From the human T2T-CHM13v2.0 reference genome, Homo sapiens, in NCBI RefSeq assembly GCF_009914755.1, contig NC_060936.1: 64,000 bases of DNA; one strand, written 5' to 3'. Below, one piece after another: positions 14,301 through 28,103 of the stretch. The notes under the pieces were generated by a model. That model saw nothing but the letters and a program-made list of their open reading frames with translations. It was not told where the DNA came from and did no database searches. Every line of letters begins with the position of its first letter. Position 1 is the stretch's first letter. The position numbers and the translations under genes were made by a program.

Positions 14301-15182
14301 ATACAGATAGAGACTCACACATATATGAACACATGATTTATGACAAAGGGAATATAGTAAAGCCCTGGAAAGTGGGTACTCTCCTTAATAAAATGTTTTG
14401 GTCACATGGAAAAAATAATATTGACTCCTGTCTACATCATATTCAAAAAAACTAATTCTAGATGGATTTTGAATCTCAATGTGTAAGAAAAAAATAGTTT
14501 TTATAAGATAACATATCTTCATGATAACTGGGGTGGGCAAAGATTTCTGAAACAGGATATGAAACCACTAAACAAAATGGAATTCATTTATAAATTTGGG
14601 TATATTAAAATTAGGAATTGTGTTCATTAAAGGGCACTATTTGGCGTGTGAAAATGCAAACCACCTAGTTGGAGATGTTTTAAGTATATATAACCAACAA
14701 TCAGACTCATGTTTAATCTTACAAATCACTTATTTAAAAAGATAGACATGCCATTTTAAAACTGAGCAAAATAATTAAGCACTTTACATCTAATTAAACC
14801 ATAAGCACACAATAAGCTCGAGGTCATCAGGGAAAGACAAATTGAAATCATAATCCAATACCATTACAAACTTATTAGACTGACAATTTCAAATGTTGGT
14901 GAAGATGTGGAGCCACTGGAACTCTGTTTGTAGGATGAATTTGAAGGGTGAAAACTGATATGACCACTTGAAAAAACTACATTTGTATATGCTATGACCC
15001 AGAAATTTCATTTCCAAGTACGTACTTAAGATAAATGCTTATATTTATTTGCCAGAAATACCTGCAGAAGATGTAATGCCATATGAAGTACACAACATTC
15101 CCAGTGAAGAATTCTGTCCTAAATATTCAAGCTGAATCTACTGAAGCTTATAACCTTAATCCAGTTTACAGTGAATTCAGGG

Positions 15183-15634
15183 TGTCTTAGACCATTGTGT
15201 TGCTATAAAGGAATACCCAAGGCTGGGTAGTTTATAAAGAAAAGAGGTTTATTTGGCTCACAGTTCTGCAGGCTATATAAGAAGCATGGTGCCAGCAACT
15301 GATTCTGGTGAGGGCTTCAGGAATCTTCTAGTCATGGCAGAAGGTGCAGAGGGAGCAGGCATGTCACATAACAAGAGAGGGAGCCATGTGACAAGCTCCC
15401 TCTGCACCTTCTGCCAAGATTAGAAGAGGGAAGAGGTGACAGACTCTTTTTAACAATCAGATCTCATGAGAACTAATATAGTGAGAACTCACTCATTACT
15501 GCAATGACAGCACCAAGTTATACATAAGGGATCCACCTCCATGACACAAACACCTCTTACTAGGTTCCACCTCCAGTGTTGGGGATCAAATGTTGACATG
15601 AGATTTTGAAGGGACAGATATCCAAACTATATCA
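15183..15634 (-). mobile_element. MST (MSTB-like) MaLR solo LTR with 5-bp TSD
   Basis: tg...ca termini; caggg TSD at 15178-15182 and 15635-15639; 'gtttataaagaaaagaggtttatttggctcacagttctgcagg'. Confidence 0.9.
15324..15427. repeat. Fold-back inverted repeat (~42-bp arms, 16-nt loop) inside the MST LTR
   Basis: 15335-15356 is the exact reverse complement of 15395-15416. Confidence 0.95.
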
Positions 15635-16679
15635 CAGGGTAAAGAGAAACATGTACCATGAGAAAACAGTTCAATCCAGAATATTACAAAATGGTCTGAA
15701 CTCTTCCAAAAGTCACTGTCAAAAAAAAAAATGGTGGGCCAAAAAAATATAACATCAAATGCAATGCATGAACCAAGACTGAATCTTGATTGAGAAAAAA
15801 ATCACCTCTAAAAGACAGTCTTGTGACGGTTGGGGAAATTTGAATGCTCAATATCAGATGTTATTTTAAAGTTACCATTATTTTTCAGGGTGTGAAAATG
15901 ATATAGAGGCGTGTTCTTATACTCAGGAGGTACCTGCTGACATATTTATGGGTGAAGTGTCATGATATCTGCAACTTATTTTCAAATATTTAGCAAAAAA
16001 ACAATGTATAGATGGATGATAGATGAATGGATGTAGATGCAGCTCTAAAAATAGCATGAGAAATAAGGTAAATACGACAAAATGTTAACAGTTGTTTAAT
16101 TTAGGCAGTGGGTATTTGGTGTTTATTTTGCCATTTTATCAACTTATCTGTATATTTAAAATTTTAATATATTCCTGAATTATGTATTTTAATAGGATTT
16201 TGTACTTAGCTTATTTAGAAGGTACAAATATGTTTTACTCTACTTTAAGAAAATAAACATTAGAAGTTCTAGAATATATATTATCGGTATAGGTTATGTT
16301 AGAAAGAGTACTGAAACTCCAATCAGAGAACTTAAAGTGGAAAAAAATTAAAAAACCCTTTGGCTCCACATTAGAGGTCTGGCTCATGAATATACATTTA
16401 TATATTTCAGGTTAAAATAAAATACTTACTGTATATATACATCACCTTTTAATGATTCCCAGATTGAGCTACGTTTTTCCAATGAGCCAACCAGCTACTA
16501 GTGCCAGTTAACTCCAGATGAGAGGGATTCCTCTGTATACTTTGTGTATGGAAAGAATGTAGCATCCAGCTAATAACTGGTTCAGTGATTGTGATTGGAA
16601 TAGCCATCTGTTAGTGTAGTTGGGTATTCCAAGAGATAACAGGATGAGTGAAGACTGTCCTGGCTTTCTAGGGAGCCTC

Positions 16680-16900
16680 ATGCAATATGGTGGCGAGAAG
16701 CCCAGGTCTTGAAGCAGAGGGACATGTGGTTAATTCCTGGAGGTATAATCTTGGGAAAATCACTTAACCAACATGAGCCTCCGTTTTCTCATATGAAGGA
16801 TGAGACCTACCTCGCAGAGTTTTGGTAGGACTTAAATGTGACCATGACTCTATAGCAACTGTATAATGTGGGTGCACCAGCAACAATGAATTAATTGTTG
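16680..16900 (+). mobile_element. MIR fragment
   Basis: 'ttgggaaaatcacttaaccaacatgagcctccgttttctcatatgaa'. Confidence 0.65.
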
Positions 16901-17234
16901 GTGGTATCATGTATAGGAATGTCTAGTCAGAGGAAGAGGGTTCTAAGGCTGTAGTTGCTGCTGAAGACACATAGTAAATAGGGGTTCTGCTGTTTCAAAA
17001 AAAATTCTAAAAGGGAGAAATGGGCTAAATTTATCAAGCATGCTTAAAACAACCTGACTCATAAATTGGCTAGACCAATTTTCTACAAAAGATTCCCAGG
17101 ATCATAGGCATTGGTATCACCTGCTGCACTTTTTCAAGATGTAGACTCCTGAGCCAAGCCCTGTACCTACTGGGTCAGAAGCTCTCGAAATGAGGCCTGA
17201 GAAGCTTTATTTTAACAGGTATGAAAGCCACTGA

Positions 17235-17345
17235 GTGTTGAGACTGTCTACCCTGTTCACTGCTGTATTCCCTGCACCTAGCAGAATGTCTGAGGAGCTC
17301 AGTAAATCCTGGGTGGTTAAATGGACGAACAGATGAATCAATAAC
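17235..17345 (+). mobile_element. L2 3' end fragment
   Basis: 'tgttcactgctgtattccctgcacctagcagaatgtctg'. Confidence 0.65.
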
Positions 17346-17582
17346 ATGACTCTGACAAATAGGGCAGAGTAGGAGTTCTGATTTCTGCTCTTTCTTACAT
17401 ATGCCTTAGGCTGCAAGTTGCCTTCTCCTCTCTTCTTTTTCCTTTTAACGCTGTCCTTAGGGTCGTCATCACCTGATTTTACTGCAGAGACTTGGTGAGG
17501 CAGAAAAAGGTGAACCCCGGGCTTTTCCCTGCCTGAGAAGTCCCAACCTGTGAGCTAGATTTATATACAGCAGTGGATTGAG

Positions 17583-17739
17583 CAGTGCTTCTCAATCCTG
17601 GCTGCACTTTAGAATGACCTGAGGCTTGGCCCGCACCCTAGACAAATTAAATCAGAATAACTGGAATGGAGGTCCAGGTATTGAAATTTTTCAAAAGCTC
17701 CCAAGTGATTCTGTTTCATAGTGAAGTTGAGAACCACTG
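17583..17739. mobile_element. MER5A hAT-Charlie MITE
   Basis: TIRs cagtgcttctcaa...ttgagaaccactg and an internal 'aattaaatcagaat'. Confidence 0.8.
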
Positions 17740-18084
17740 GCAAACCATAATATGGATACCTCTAAAAATCTTAGTGTTGAGTGCAAAAGGTGGTAAACGA
17801 TTTATAGCACGTTACTACTTAAGGATATTAAACTTTAATATACACACAAAACCAAGTTCTGTGTTTTTTGGAGATAATCTAAGGACATATAAGAAATCCC
17901 AGGAAGGAAGACAGGAGAGGGAAATGGGAGGAAACAGGAGCGAGAATAGAGAATAAATGGGGAAATATAAAATAAAACAAGACAGCGAGATTACACAGAC
18001 CTTAAAGACTAAAAAGCGTGGCTCCCAAACATCAAATCACCATAGTTAGTATGAACAGGGCAGTCATGTGTACTAGACACAGTG

Positions 18085-18260
18085 TAATTGGTTTACACAC
18101 CTTATGTCTGTTAATCTTCATAACAACTCTGAGGTAGGTGTTACTATTTAGAGTCATTTTATAGAGGAGGAAACTAAGGCTTAACCAAGATCATACAACT
18201 AGTAAGTGACAGATTTGGGTATAAGCCCTGTCTACCTGGATGGAGTCCAGGCTCTGTTTG
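18085..18260 (-). mobile_element. MIR fragment
   Basis: 'cattttatagaggaggaaactaaggct'. Confidence 0.7.
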
Positions 18261-20494
18261 CTCCATTCATCACCTCTTTGAGTCCTCTCGAGCACCTGCT
18301 GGAAAGAAAATGTCCTCCTCCCCAAGCCCACGTCTCTGCTAGGCAGCTCAGGAACCACCAGCACATACTTCATCCCAGCCCTTGCCAAAGATGGGAATGA
18401 GAATGACCATCCAATGTTCTGTGCCCAATGCAGAAGAAAACCTACACATACAACCTTCCTGACCTGGAAACATCCAAAATCAGCCTCAGTTTCCTAATGA
18501 GCCTTTCCCTGCCTGAAAAGTCCCAACCCGTGAGCTAGATTTATATACAGCAGTGGATTGAGCAGTGCTTCCCAATCCTGGCTGAAGACGAGCAATGTTT
18601 GTTGGGTTCAAGGAATAGAAAAAAGCCTTGCATGGCTGGAATAGAAGAGGAGGATGGTGGGTGCTGCAGCAGAGAAGGCGGGGGCTCAGAGCTCTTCACT
18701 TCCCACCAGACATTCCTTTTCCCTTGGGGATGGACTGAGCATGTGGAAGATTTTCCATGCAACTTCATATCCACTGTTCACAACACCTGCCTCTGAGGAC
18801 GTGATCTTCCTACCAATCTCAGGACCTTTCAAAATTAATTATAATAAAAATGTATTTATTGAGGCAGGCACAAATATTAGTCTCCATTTTCTTCAGAGAA
18901 AACAGAAGCATACAGCGGTAGCTTGAACAAAATTTCCCAACCAGAAAGGGATGAGGGAGGAGAGACCGGAAGTACAAGCTCCTCTTATCTGAGTTGCCGC
19001 CGTCTAGAGGTGAGCTGACTCTCTGACAGCCCCTTCTCCTCTCCTCACTGGATATCCAGTTTCCAGGTAGGTCCTTCCAGGTAGGCGCCCCCCTGACCTC
19101 AATGCGTGCTCCAGCTCTGGGGTGCATTCACAGGGGTAGGACATAGAAGGTAAACTCTGACCAGCTGCATGTGCAGCTACCTCTGCAGAAAAAATCAAGA
19201 GGCGCTGGAAGCCCTTCTCCCTTTGCTTAACAACATCTCCCCTGCTGCCCCACAGCAGTATCTGAAGTTCCCCTGTTGGCTTATGGAAATAAAGGCTTTT
19301 GTTAAAATATAAATCTGTAATCTGACGGGATGTGAAAAGATTAAGGGACGGGCTGCCCAAACTTTACTGTGCTTGACACTCAACTTATAAGTGTATTGGA
19401 AATGCAGATCTTAGGTTCTTATACCACAGATTCTGATTCAACAGGCACCAAATGGGGCCCAGGTAGCTGCAATTCCAACAAACACTTCAGGTGTTTCTGA
19501 TGCTCGTGTTCTCTGAATCTCGTTTTGAGAAACACTGTGTGACTATGAACTCTTCAATTAGTTAATGAGACTTGGCCCAGAGGTCAATTTTGTCTATAAT
19601 GAAGCAGAGAGGAGAAAGACACAGCTGCTCCCCCTCTGACTTGGTCTTTCTCTGTCCTGTTCAAAGCTGTGTTCATAGCTCAGGGCTTTAAGAGAGAGTG
19701 TTCAGAGCCCTAACTCAGAAGGACCGCCTGGAGACCTGCCAGGGTTTTGCCTAGACACACGTCACACCTTTACAGGGGTGGCGAAGGCTTGTGCTATCTC
19801 AAGACCTCACGCAGTACTTCTCAGTTTAATGGGCCCACTCAAGAGGTAAACGTGGAAAAAGAAAAGTTATATGCACACACACCCACACCCACACCCACAC
19901 ACACACACACAGAGCAATAAAACAGGAGCAATTTATTCATAAGATTCTAAGTCATGAATTGTCTCTACTTATAAAATACTAGCCTATAAATTATGATTCT
20001 GCCAAGCTTCATTTTGAACAAACCCACAATCTCAGAAACATCAGCAGTTCAACTGCAGAGAGAGATGATGAGGTGGCTTGAGAAGAGTGACAGAAATGTC
20101 TCTGGATGGGATTCTGGACCTTCTGGGAGGAGGCTTCTTTGAAGGCCACCTGGCGATCGCGTGGTTTCTGATTCTCCCCGTAGTGATCGTGCCTTCCCAG
20201 GTACTGAATGGATCTCTTTGAGCTCTTTGCGTGGCCGATGTGTGAACTTTTGGCATGGCCAGTGTGTTCAGTGGGAGTGCTGGGGTTTACAATTGGAGGA
20301 AGGATACCGACTCCCTTTATGGCTGGAGCTTCTTGGGATTCCTAAGTGTCACCTTGGTCCACAAGTAGCTGTTAAAAATTAGAAAAAAGTCAGCTGTTTG
20401 TCTTCTCATTCTTCTACAGGGCTCCCAGAGATTAAGACAGCCGAGGCTTCCTCTCCCTGAAGGGCCCATCCCTTTCTGAAATTTAAATAATTTG

Positions 20495-20575
20495 GGCATT
20501 TAAAAAAATGTACAATTAAATTATTATTGACTACAGTCCTCGTTTTGTGCTATCAAATACTAGGCGTTATTCATC
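20495..20575 (-). mobile_element. Short L1MA-like 3' end fragment
   Basis: 'tacaattaaattattattgactacagtc...gtgctatcaaatactagg'. Confidence 0.6.
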
Positions 20576-23245
20576 CGGAAAAGTGATATTTTGAATTGTG
20601 GTGATACAGTGTTTCAACAGATCCTTATATCCTTCCAAAGTCTTGAATGCTATTACAACAGGGCGTCACATGAGGGCGCTCTAGAGAATCCGCAAGAGCA
20701 AATTCCATAGTAAATGGGGAGGAGGGAGTTGTTATTAATAGATTTTACTTTTTAGTTTGAGTTTCCTTAGTCTAGAAGGACTCACAGAATTCCCAACTGT
20801 GCTTGCATGCCTGCTGTGCCCAGCGTGTGAGTGTGAGTGTATGTGTGTGTGTATGTGTGTGTGTGATGCACGCATGGAGGGGTTAGGGAGGATGCAGGAA
20901 TAGAAGTTGATGAGGGACAAAGGGGAGGGAAAATTAAAATGATGAGCTTCAGAAGTCACCTTCTTTACAATTTGAGAGGCAGTGTTCTGCTCCTATCTCT
21001 TGAAATGTCCTCTATCTCTTCCTTTCAAGGGAAAAAACACCAGTTCCCACCCAAGAGTTCTCCAGGACAAGGGAGGCCCTGGAGAAATGCAGTCAGAGGC
21101 AAATGGGAACAGATAGCTGCTTGTCAGCGCAGGTGCATCTCTTCCAGTCCACTTTGGCTGAGACTAACCTGACCTTGCTGAGCCCTGGCCTTGCCGTCAG
21201 CTTGCGCTGACAACAGGAGACCAGGCCACACTCTCCTAGCAGCTGCCCAGGCGAGGCTCATGCCCCAGAAAAAGCAGCTCCAGTTACACATTAGTCACAG
21301 AAATAACAATGATCAAAGGGAGCCAAAGGCATGAAATGGCTTCATTTTCCCAATTTAATTATGGGACTGGAGGATCCATTTCAATCTGGAAGGAGCCTGA
21401 TTTCAACTTGTTATAAAATGGTTGGATAAAGTGCTGTATATTATTTTTTGTTTCTCCCCTCATCCCTCCTCCCCATCTGCAATACAAGTTTTCATAGGCT
21501 TTTGAGTCCTTTTCAGCCCCTCCCTGTAGACGCACGATAAGAAACATAAATATGCCCCTTTCTTACTTGAGTCCTACTCGTGATGCTGATGCGCCCAATT
21601 AGAGTCTGTAGTTAAGGCCCCTGGGATTGTTCTGGGCCCTGGAAAAGAATGGCAGCAGGTGAGTGATGAGAGGTCCTCCCCCTCAGGGCAAGTGCAATGG
21701 CCTCATTGAGAAAGTATTCAGCCATCTGTAAAAAGGGGCCTATGGCAGTGGGGTCAGATGACAATGCCCCACATGCTTTAGTGGTTAAGATGCTTCAGTG
21801 CTCAGATGCTTTAGTGGCTACAAGTTTTTTACTGGGCTGAGAAAGATGTGGATCAAAGCTGTGTTCCAGGTACATGTGATGGGCTTTCTATCCCCTGCCA
21901 CACACACCCACACACATGCACACACGTGCACACACACATATACACGTGGACCCTCTTGCCCCAAAGCCAGGCCTTGAGCTTTGAAAGGCTAGAGGCAAGA
22001 ATTAGACCGGGGATGTGTATTTCTGTCCTTAGAAGTTGGCTGGCTGTTTTATACTTACTAAATGACAAAGTGTGATGAAATTGTTGCCTAGTAAGGACAA
22101 AGCCACAAGGTTTTTTTTTGTTTTGTTTTGTTTTGCAGAGGGGAGGGGAAGGGCAATGATGAGACAATTCTTTTTGGGTCAACCATCGTACATAGCACAT
22201 AGAAGATTTGACTGGGACCACATAGTGAATGGCGTCCTTTAGAGCTTACATGGGCGCACAGAATCAGGCAGGGGCTAGAAGTCAGGGGTGCAGTTTCTAG
22301 ACCAGCTCTGCCGCTGACTTGCCCTGTAAATTTGGGAGGGACTCCTCTCCACTCCGGGGTTCATGTTCTTCCTCTGGACTGGGCGATTTCTCTCTCTGCA
22401 CCTTTTCGCTCCAAGGATCTACTAGTCCATGTCTCTCTGATGCTTAAACATCTGTGTGCAGCATTTTTAGGAGGCCTCTTTCCTCTGCAAAATAAGAGGC
22501 CTCTGCTCTTACATTACTTTGGGATATGTTTGGAATTTTACTTATTCTCCACAAGATTTAACTGTAGTACAAGGTGAGTCTTTTTCCTACTTCCCGGGAA
22601 TTAACCTATGGCATAAATTACAGGCAGGAAATAGATGGAGCAGATAAACATGGAAGGCTTGCTTTCTTTTCCTCTTCGTCTTTCCTTGAACTTTTTTGCA
22701 CATCCATATTAAAACCCGTTTCTGGCTTTCTCCCTTCACACTCCTACTTACGGGGTTTACAGAACGAGGATCTCTCGGCAAGATCAAACTTGGTCTCCCC
22801 TCATATAAAATTTGACTGAGCTCCTCCTCGTGAAATGGATTCACCTTTTGTACTGGGAAAAAAAAAAGGTTTTTAAAGTAGTTAAAGTAAAAAAAAAAAA
22901 TAAGGACGGAATCTGCACGAGGCAAAATTACATTGATATCTTCTCTTAAACAAAGAGGATAGATTTCTTTACAAATTCTGTATGTCCAGATACCATTTAG
23001 AAGCAAACTCTGATTTCACATTGAGGCTGAAAATGTGTATACTCAAAGCTGATAAGAAGCCACACATAGAGTAATTTATGTCTTATATTTTATGTGATAT
23101 ACTTGACAACATAAATAATCACATAGGAAGGCCTCTGTTTAGCATTGGCAAATAAGAACACAGACTATTTATGTATGGGTGAAAGAGAGTGGAAAGAATT
23201 TTAACCTTGAAACTCCTTGTCTATTGACTATTTAGGATCCTAGTC

Positions 23246-23545
<300 letters not shown>

Positions 23546-24799
23546 TGGATCCTAATCTTGAAGCTGGATATACAAGGAATTTTGTCCTCGTCACATTTAA
23601 TATTTATTAATTTTTTAAAAAAGGGCAGCAGAATAGAAAATGGGGTTTTAATTTTGTAATATCTAGATTCACTTCTGGTTTAATAGGGTGGCACTTTTAG
23701 TGGGCATTAGAATCTCTGGGGGAACTTGTTTAAAATGTTGATTGTCAGGCCTCATCTCTCAGAGTGTTGATTCTGTAAGCTATATTGGGTGCAAAAATCT
23801 GTATTTTAACAGGCATTTCATGATGAATGATGTGCCTCTAGTCCGGGGAGATTGTAATTTAAGAAACATTTGTCTAATACATACTCAATTTTGTCCAGAT
23901 AGAATTTTTCTATTTTTGTTTTAACTATTTTATATACTCAAAGGCTTACATGTACTATTACTATTATAGTTTAACTTTATTCAATGGCATTGTATAGATT
24001 GCAATACATGCTGGTTGGAGGCCACATCTTATTCATCCTTCTAGTCTCAGAACTTAGTGCACTGCCTGTGACACAGTAGACTCTCAAAATCTGTTCATGA
24101 ATCTCACTGAGCCAAGGGTGCAGCTGTGATTTAAAGTAGCTGCAATCTCAGATCTTGATCACTCAGCCTTAAACTCTGAAGGACAAAACACAAACACTCT
24201 CTGACCTCTAAAAAGGCCAATGGTGCATCTTTGCACTAATTCATGCTCTCAGACATAGACACTTCTCGTTTGAGCAGAATCTGTAACAAGCTTGCTTATT
24301 TTGTTTCCCAGTTTAAAGGAAATGAAGGAGAATTAGAAGAGGTACCCAATAGCTCATCCTTCCCCTGTCATCACGCAGGCCCCATGGTCTCCTGCCGGAG
24401 ACACTTTCCCCGTCTCTGTAACTGTCTGAAACCTACCCATCATCTGAGGCACAGCTGAGGTCTCACTGGGAAGCCTGCCCTGACCATTCTCACCTCCCCT
24501 TCTGATCTTCCATGGCACTTGTACATCTAGCAGCTCATCTGAACCAGTCCTCACTCTGACCCACCAAATCTTTATTGCCTTTGCTCTCCCTATCACCCAC
24601 CTTAGAGATACCGGTTAAAGCTAGAGTCCTAATCCCCTCTTCTTCCCACATTCCTGAGATCTGCAGTAGAAGATGTAAATGGTTTCTAAGTCAAGTATGT
24701 TGTTGAAAATCTGTAGTATGTACTGCTCAATAAGCAGCTCAAACATCTCCTACCTTAGAATCTTATTTATCTTTTCATATATATTGAACCCACCCCAAA

Positions 24800-25555
24800 T
24801 CCTATTACTTTCTTGAAAACCTCACAAATCCATCCACCTTTCTTCATCTCCACCACCACTTCTCTTGCTAGTCCAAGTTACCTGCCTGTCTTACTCAGGC
24901 TTTCGTCCTAATTTTTCGCTTGTTATTTACACATTCCAGTTTTTCTCCACCTAGTAGCCAGAGTGATCTCAAAATGCAAAATGATCTTATCTCTTCCTGG
25001 CTTAAATGCTGCATGGTTTCCCATTCCTCTTTTAAGATAGATGACACTTCTCAACATGAACTACAAGGCCCTGCCTGGTGTGAACCCTGCCTACTTCTCC
25101 AACTTCATCTTCCAACAAGCTCATTTTGTTTTCTCTGCTCCAGCCACCATGGCCTTCTTTCAGTTTCTCATACTTTCTCGACTCCCTTCTACCACAGAGA
25201 CTTTGCACACACTGATGCTTGTGTTTGGTCTTCCCTCATCTCTTCATTGAAGTAGCTGCTATTCATAGGGCATAAATCAGCTCAAATCCTTCTCTGATTT
25301 CCCTGGCTAGGTCATAACCTCGTCCCATAATACCATGGATCTTCCTTCAGAACATTTAAAGCAGTTTAGCACAGTTTTGAGTTTACAGGTATCTTTGTTT
25401 TTGCTTGATTGATATCTGTTTCTGCAATTGACTAGGAGCTTCCTGAGGACAGGGATCGTATCTGGTTTTGCTCACCAGATATGATCTGTCTCAAGTATTT
25501 AGTTCAATCCTTGTGAAATGACAGGCACTTGATAAATAGTTGTTAATGATGAAAG
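24800..25555 (+). mobile_element. L2 LINE 3' portion
   Basis: 'agccagagtgatctcaaaatgcaaa' and 'gagcttcctgaggacagggatcgtatctg'. Confidence 0.7.
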
Positions 25556-25559
25556 TTGG

Positions 25560-26430
25560 ATAGATTTATTCAACAACACTAAATGTGACATTCTCTGGGG
25601 ATGTGAATATATTATTAGATATTGCCCTTTATATTTAGAATCTCATCATCTAGTGCAGAAAACAGACTTTAAAGCTGTTAATTTCAGGAATGTAGTAATA
25701 TAAGGATGACCATATATCTTGGAATACAAAGAAGAGAGCAATGAAATATACCCAAAGGAATCTGTGGAGATGTCGTGGAGAATGTAATATTTGAGATGTG
25801 TCTTGAAAGATAAATATGAGCATTCAAAATGGAGAAACACCCAAACGGATGGAAAGCATATGCAAATGGCTGAAGGTGGGCCATAGGATAAAGTTCTGGA
25901 AGGTGTTGGGTTGGGGTGATGGGGCATGGATAAGGAATGGGTGGCAGATTGAGGTAAAAGAACTTGCTAAGAGTATTGGACTAAAAGAAACAGAGCCAAT
26001 AGAAGTACAAATAAAATAAATTCAAGGATGCTTATGTGTTAGGTCACTCAGACTGGAGTGAGGAATGATGGGGAGCTAGAGAGAAAAATAAAGCAACTTC
26101 ACTATTTCAGATGAGAAAAAATGGGGGCTTGTGCAAAGGCAGTCATAGCAAAGTAGGAGGAAAGGTAACTTTGAGAGATGTTTCAGAGGAAGAATCAGCA
26201 AGACTGGGTGACCAGCTTGATGTGAGCCTTGAGAGAGAGGAAGAAGTATAAGGTCATTCAAGTTAAGTAGACTAGTAAGATGGTGGAATTGCTAACCATC
26301 ATAAAAAAATTCTCCAGGAGAACAGATTTGGGAATGAAGGAAGAGATGAACAGCTCAGTTTTGAGCTTGCTGAGTTTTAGGTGCCTAGGAAACATCTAGT
26401 TAGAAATTTTCAGGAGGAGGTTGGACAATC
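25560..26430 (-). mobile_element. L2 LINE fragment (antisense)
   Basis: Purine-rich L2 motifs such as 'cagctcagttttgagcttgctgagttttaggtgcct'. Confidence 0.6.
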
Positions 26431-27603
26431 ACAAGGCTAAAGGCAAGGGGCTTCCTATGACTACCTGTGACTTTTGTTCTCTGACATTGGTGGCAACTTA
26501 TAAGAATACATCACACTTGTGTGTCTTTAAAAAGACAATAAGCAGTATCTGTCACCTGCCTGGAGCCAGGTACATCATCACCATAGCAATGGACCATTCA
26601 GACAATAGTTTCATTGAAGGAGAGTCACATGCTGTCTGAATAATTGAAAAGGCACCTCCAGCATTCAAGTGGAGCTTTAACTTGGCATTAACTAACAACA
26701 GGTGGATGCTGGCTAGCCAAGTGAGTAGAACTCTATTAAGATTTAATATTACTGTAATAGGGCACAGAAAACACCTACAAACGATCGTTACATTCAATTT
26801 TACCATCTTCATCTACAGAGGCCACTCAGTGTTCTGGGGTTTGGCATGGCTGGGGTTGGGGGGTGGGTAGCTATCTCCCCTGGGTTCCCTCTTATTTTAA
26901 ACCACTCACTGATTTCTTCATCCATGTAATAGCTGCAGCATCTAGGTTCTAAATCTCTTGGGAGGATGTGAGGACACCAGCTTTTGTCTTCGCTCTTGAT
27001 TAAATGCATGGTCTCTAGAGCCAGAGAGCTTTGAGTGCAAATCTTGGCTCGGGTACTTATTGACTACGTGATTAACTTTATTTTTGTGCCTCAGTTTCAT
27101 TTTCTGTAAGTCAGACTAGTAATGATAGCTATTTCAGGTGTTTTGTTTGTCTGTTTTTTGTGATGATTTGTGATCCCTTTAGGGGAAAGCCTGCCTCTTA
27201 GGAAGTGCTTCATTACTGGATCTTGAAGTTCAGGAATTGCAAACTGGAGTATTTTTCTTGATAATCAGTGTCTTAAAAAACAAATTTAAACACCTTTAGA
27301 GGAGCAGTTATCATCCAGTTCTTCAGGCCCCGCTAATCTCCATGGCTTTGATACTCTTCCCATTTGCACATTTTTCTTAATCTACTGGCCCATATATATT
27401 TTTGAGTCTACAGACCCCAATGCAGCCCAATTTTAGAAAGCACTTCATATTGTGGCCTAATGATGGGAGGGAGGACAGTTTCTTCTAGTCTTTAAAACTA
27501 AGAACAATCTGCCTATATGGCAGCAGGATAAACATTTGTGTGGTTGGAAGAGGCTAATCAAATCTCAGTGATTTTGAAACTCCACAATTTAAGAATAATT
27601 CTT

Positions 27604-27944
<341 letters not shown>

Positions 27945-28103
27945 CTAGTAAGGTCAGTTTCAGATATAAGTAGCACCTTGAGGTCCAGAGATAAAGCCCC
28001 TGTGAATTTCTGACCCAGGCAAAATATTGCAGTGTTGTCTGAACCAGGTGGAAGATGAGTCTTTATTCCAACTAAGTGTGGCCCTCAAATGAACCCTCAG
28101 TGG

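Larger units (their letters stand above)
13431..16170 (+). mobile_element. Ancient L1M (MC/ME-like) ORF2 to 3' end remnant, interrupted by an MST LTR
   Basis: Degenerate sense ORF2 motifs ('cagatgtagaaaaatatttgataac', 'atagctacagtaattaaaacagc', 'aatgttggtgaagatgtggag') and an old-L1-like 3' end near 16080-16170. Confidence 0.75.
17521..18584. repeat. 84-bp dispersed direct duplication (17521-17604 and 18501-18584)
   Basis: 80/84 identical, offset 980 bp. Confidence 0.95.

Noticed and set aside
21773-21818. Three short atgctt(t/c)agtg repeats, and other micro-duplications (6771-6799, 56251-56269), as a CRISPR-like array
   Set aside because: Primate DNA, only 2-3 units and no spacers of meaningful length; ordinary slippage.
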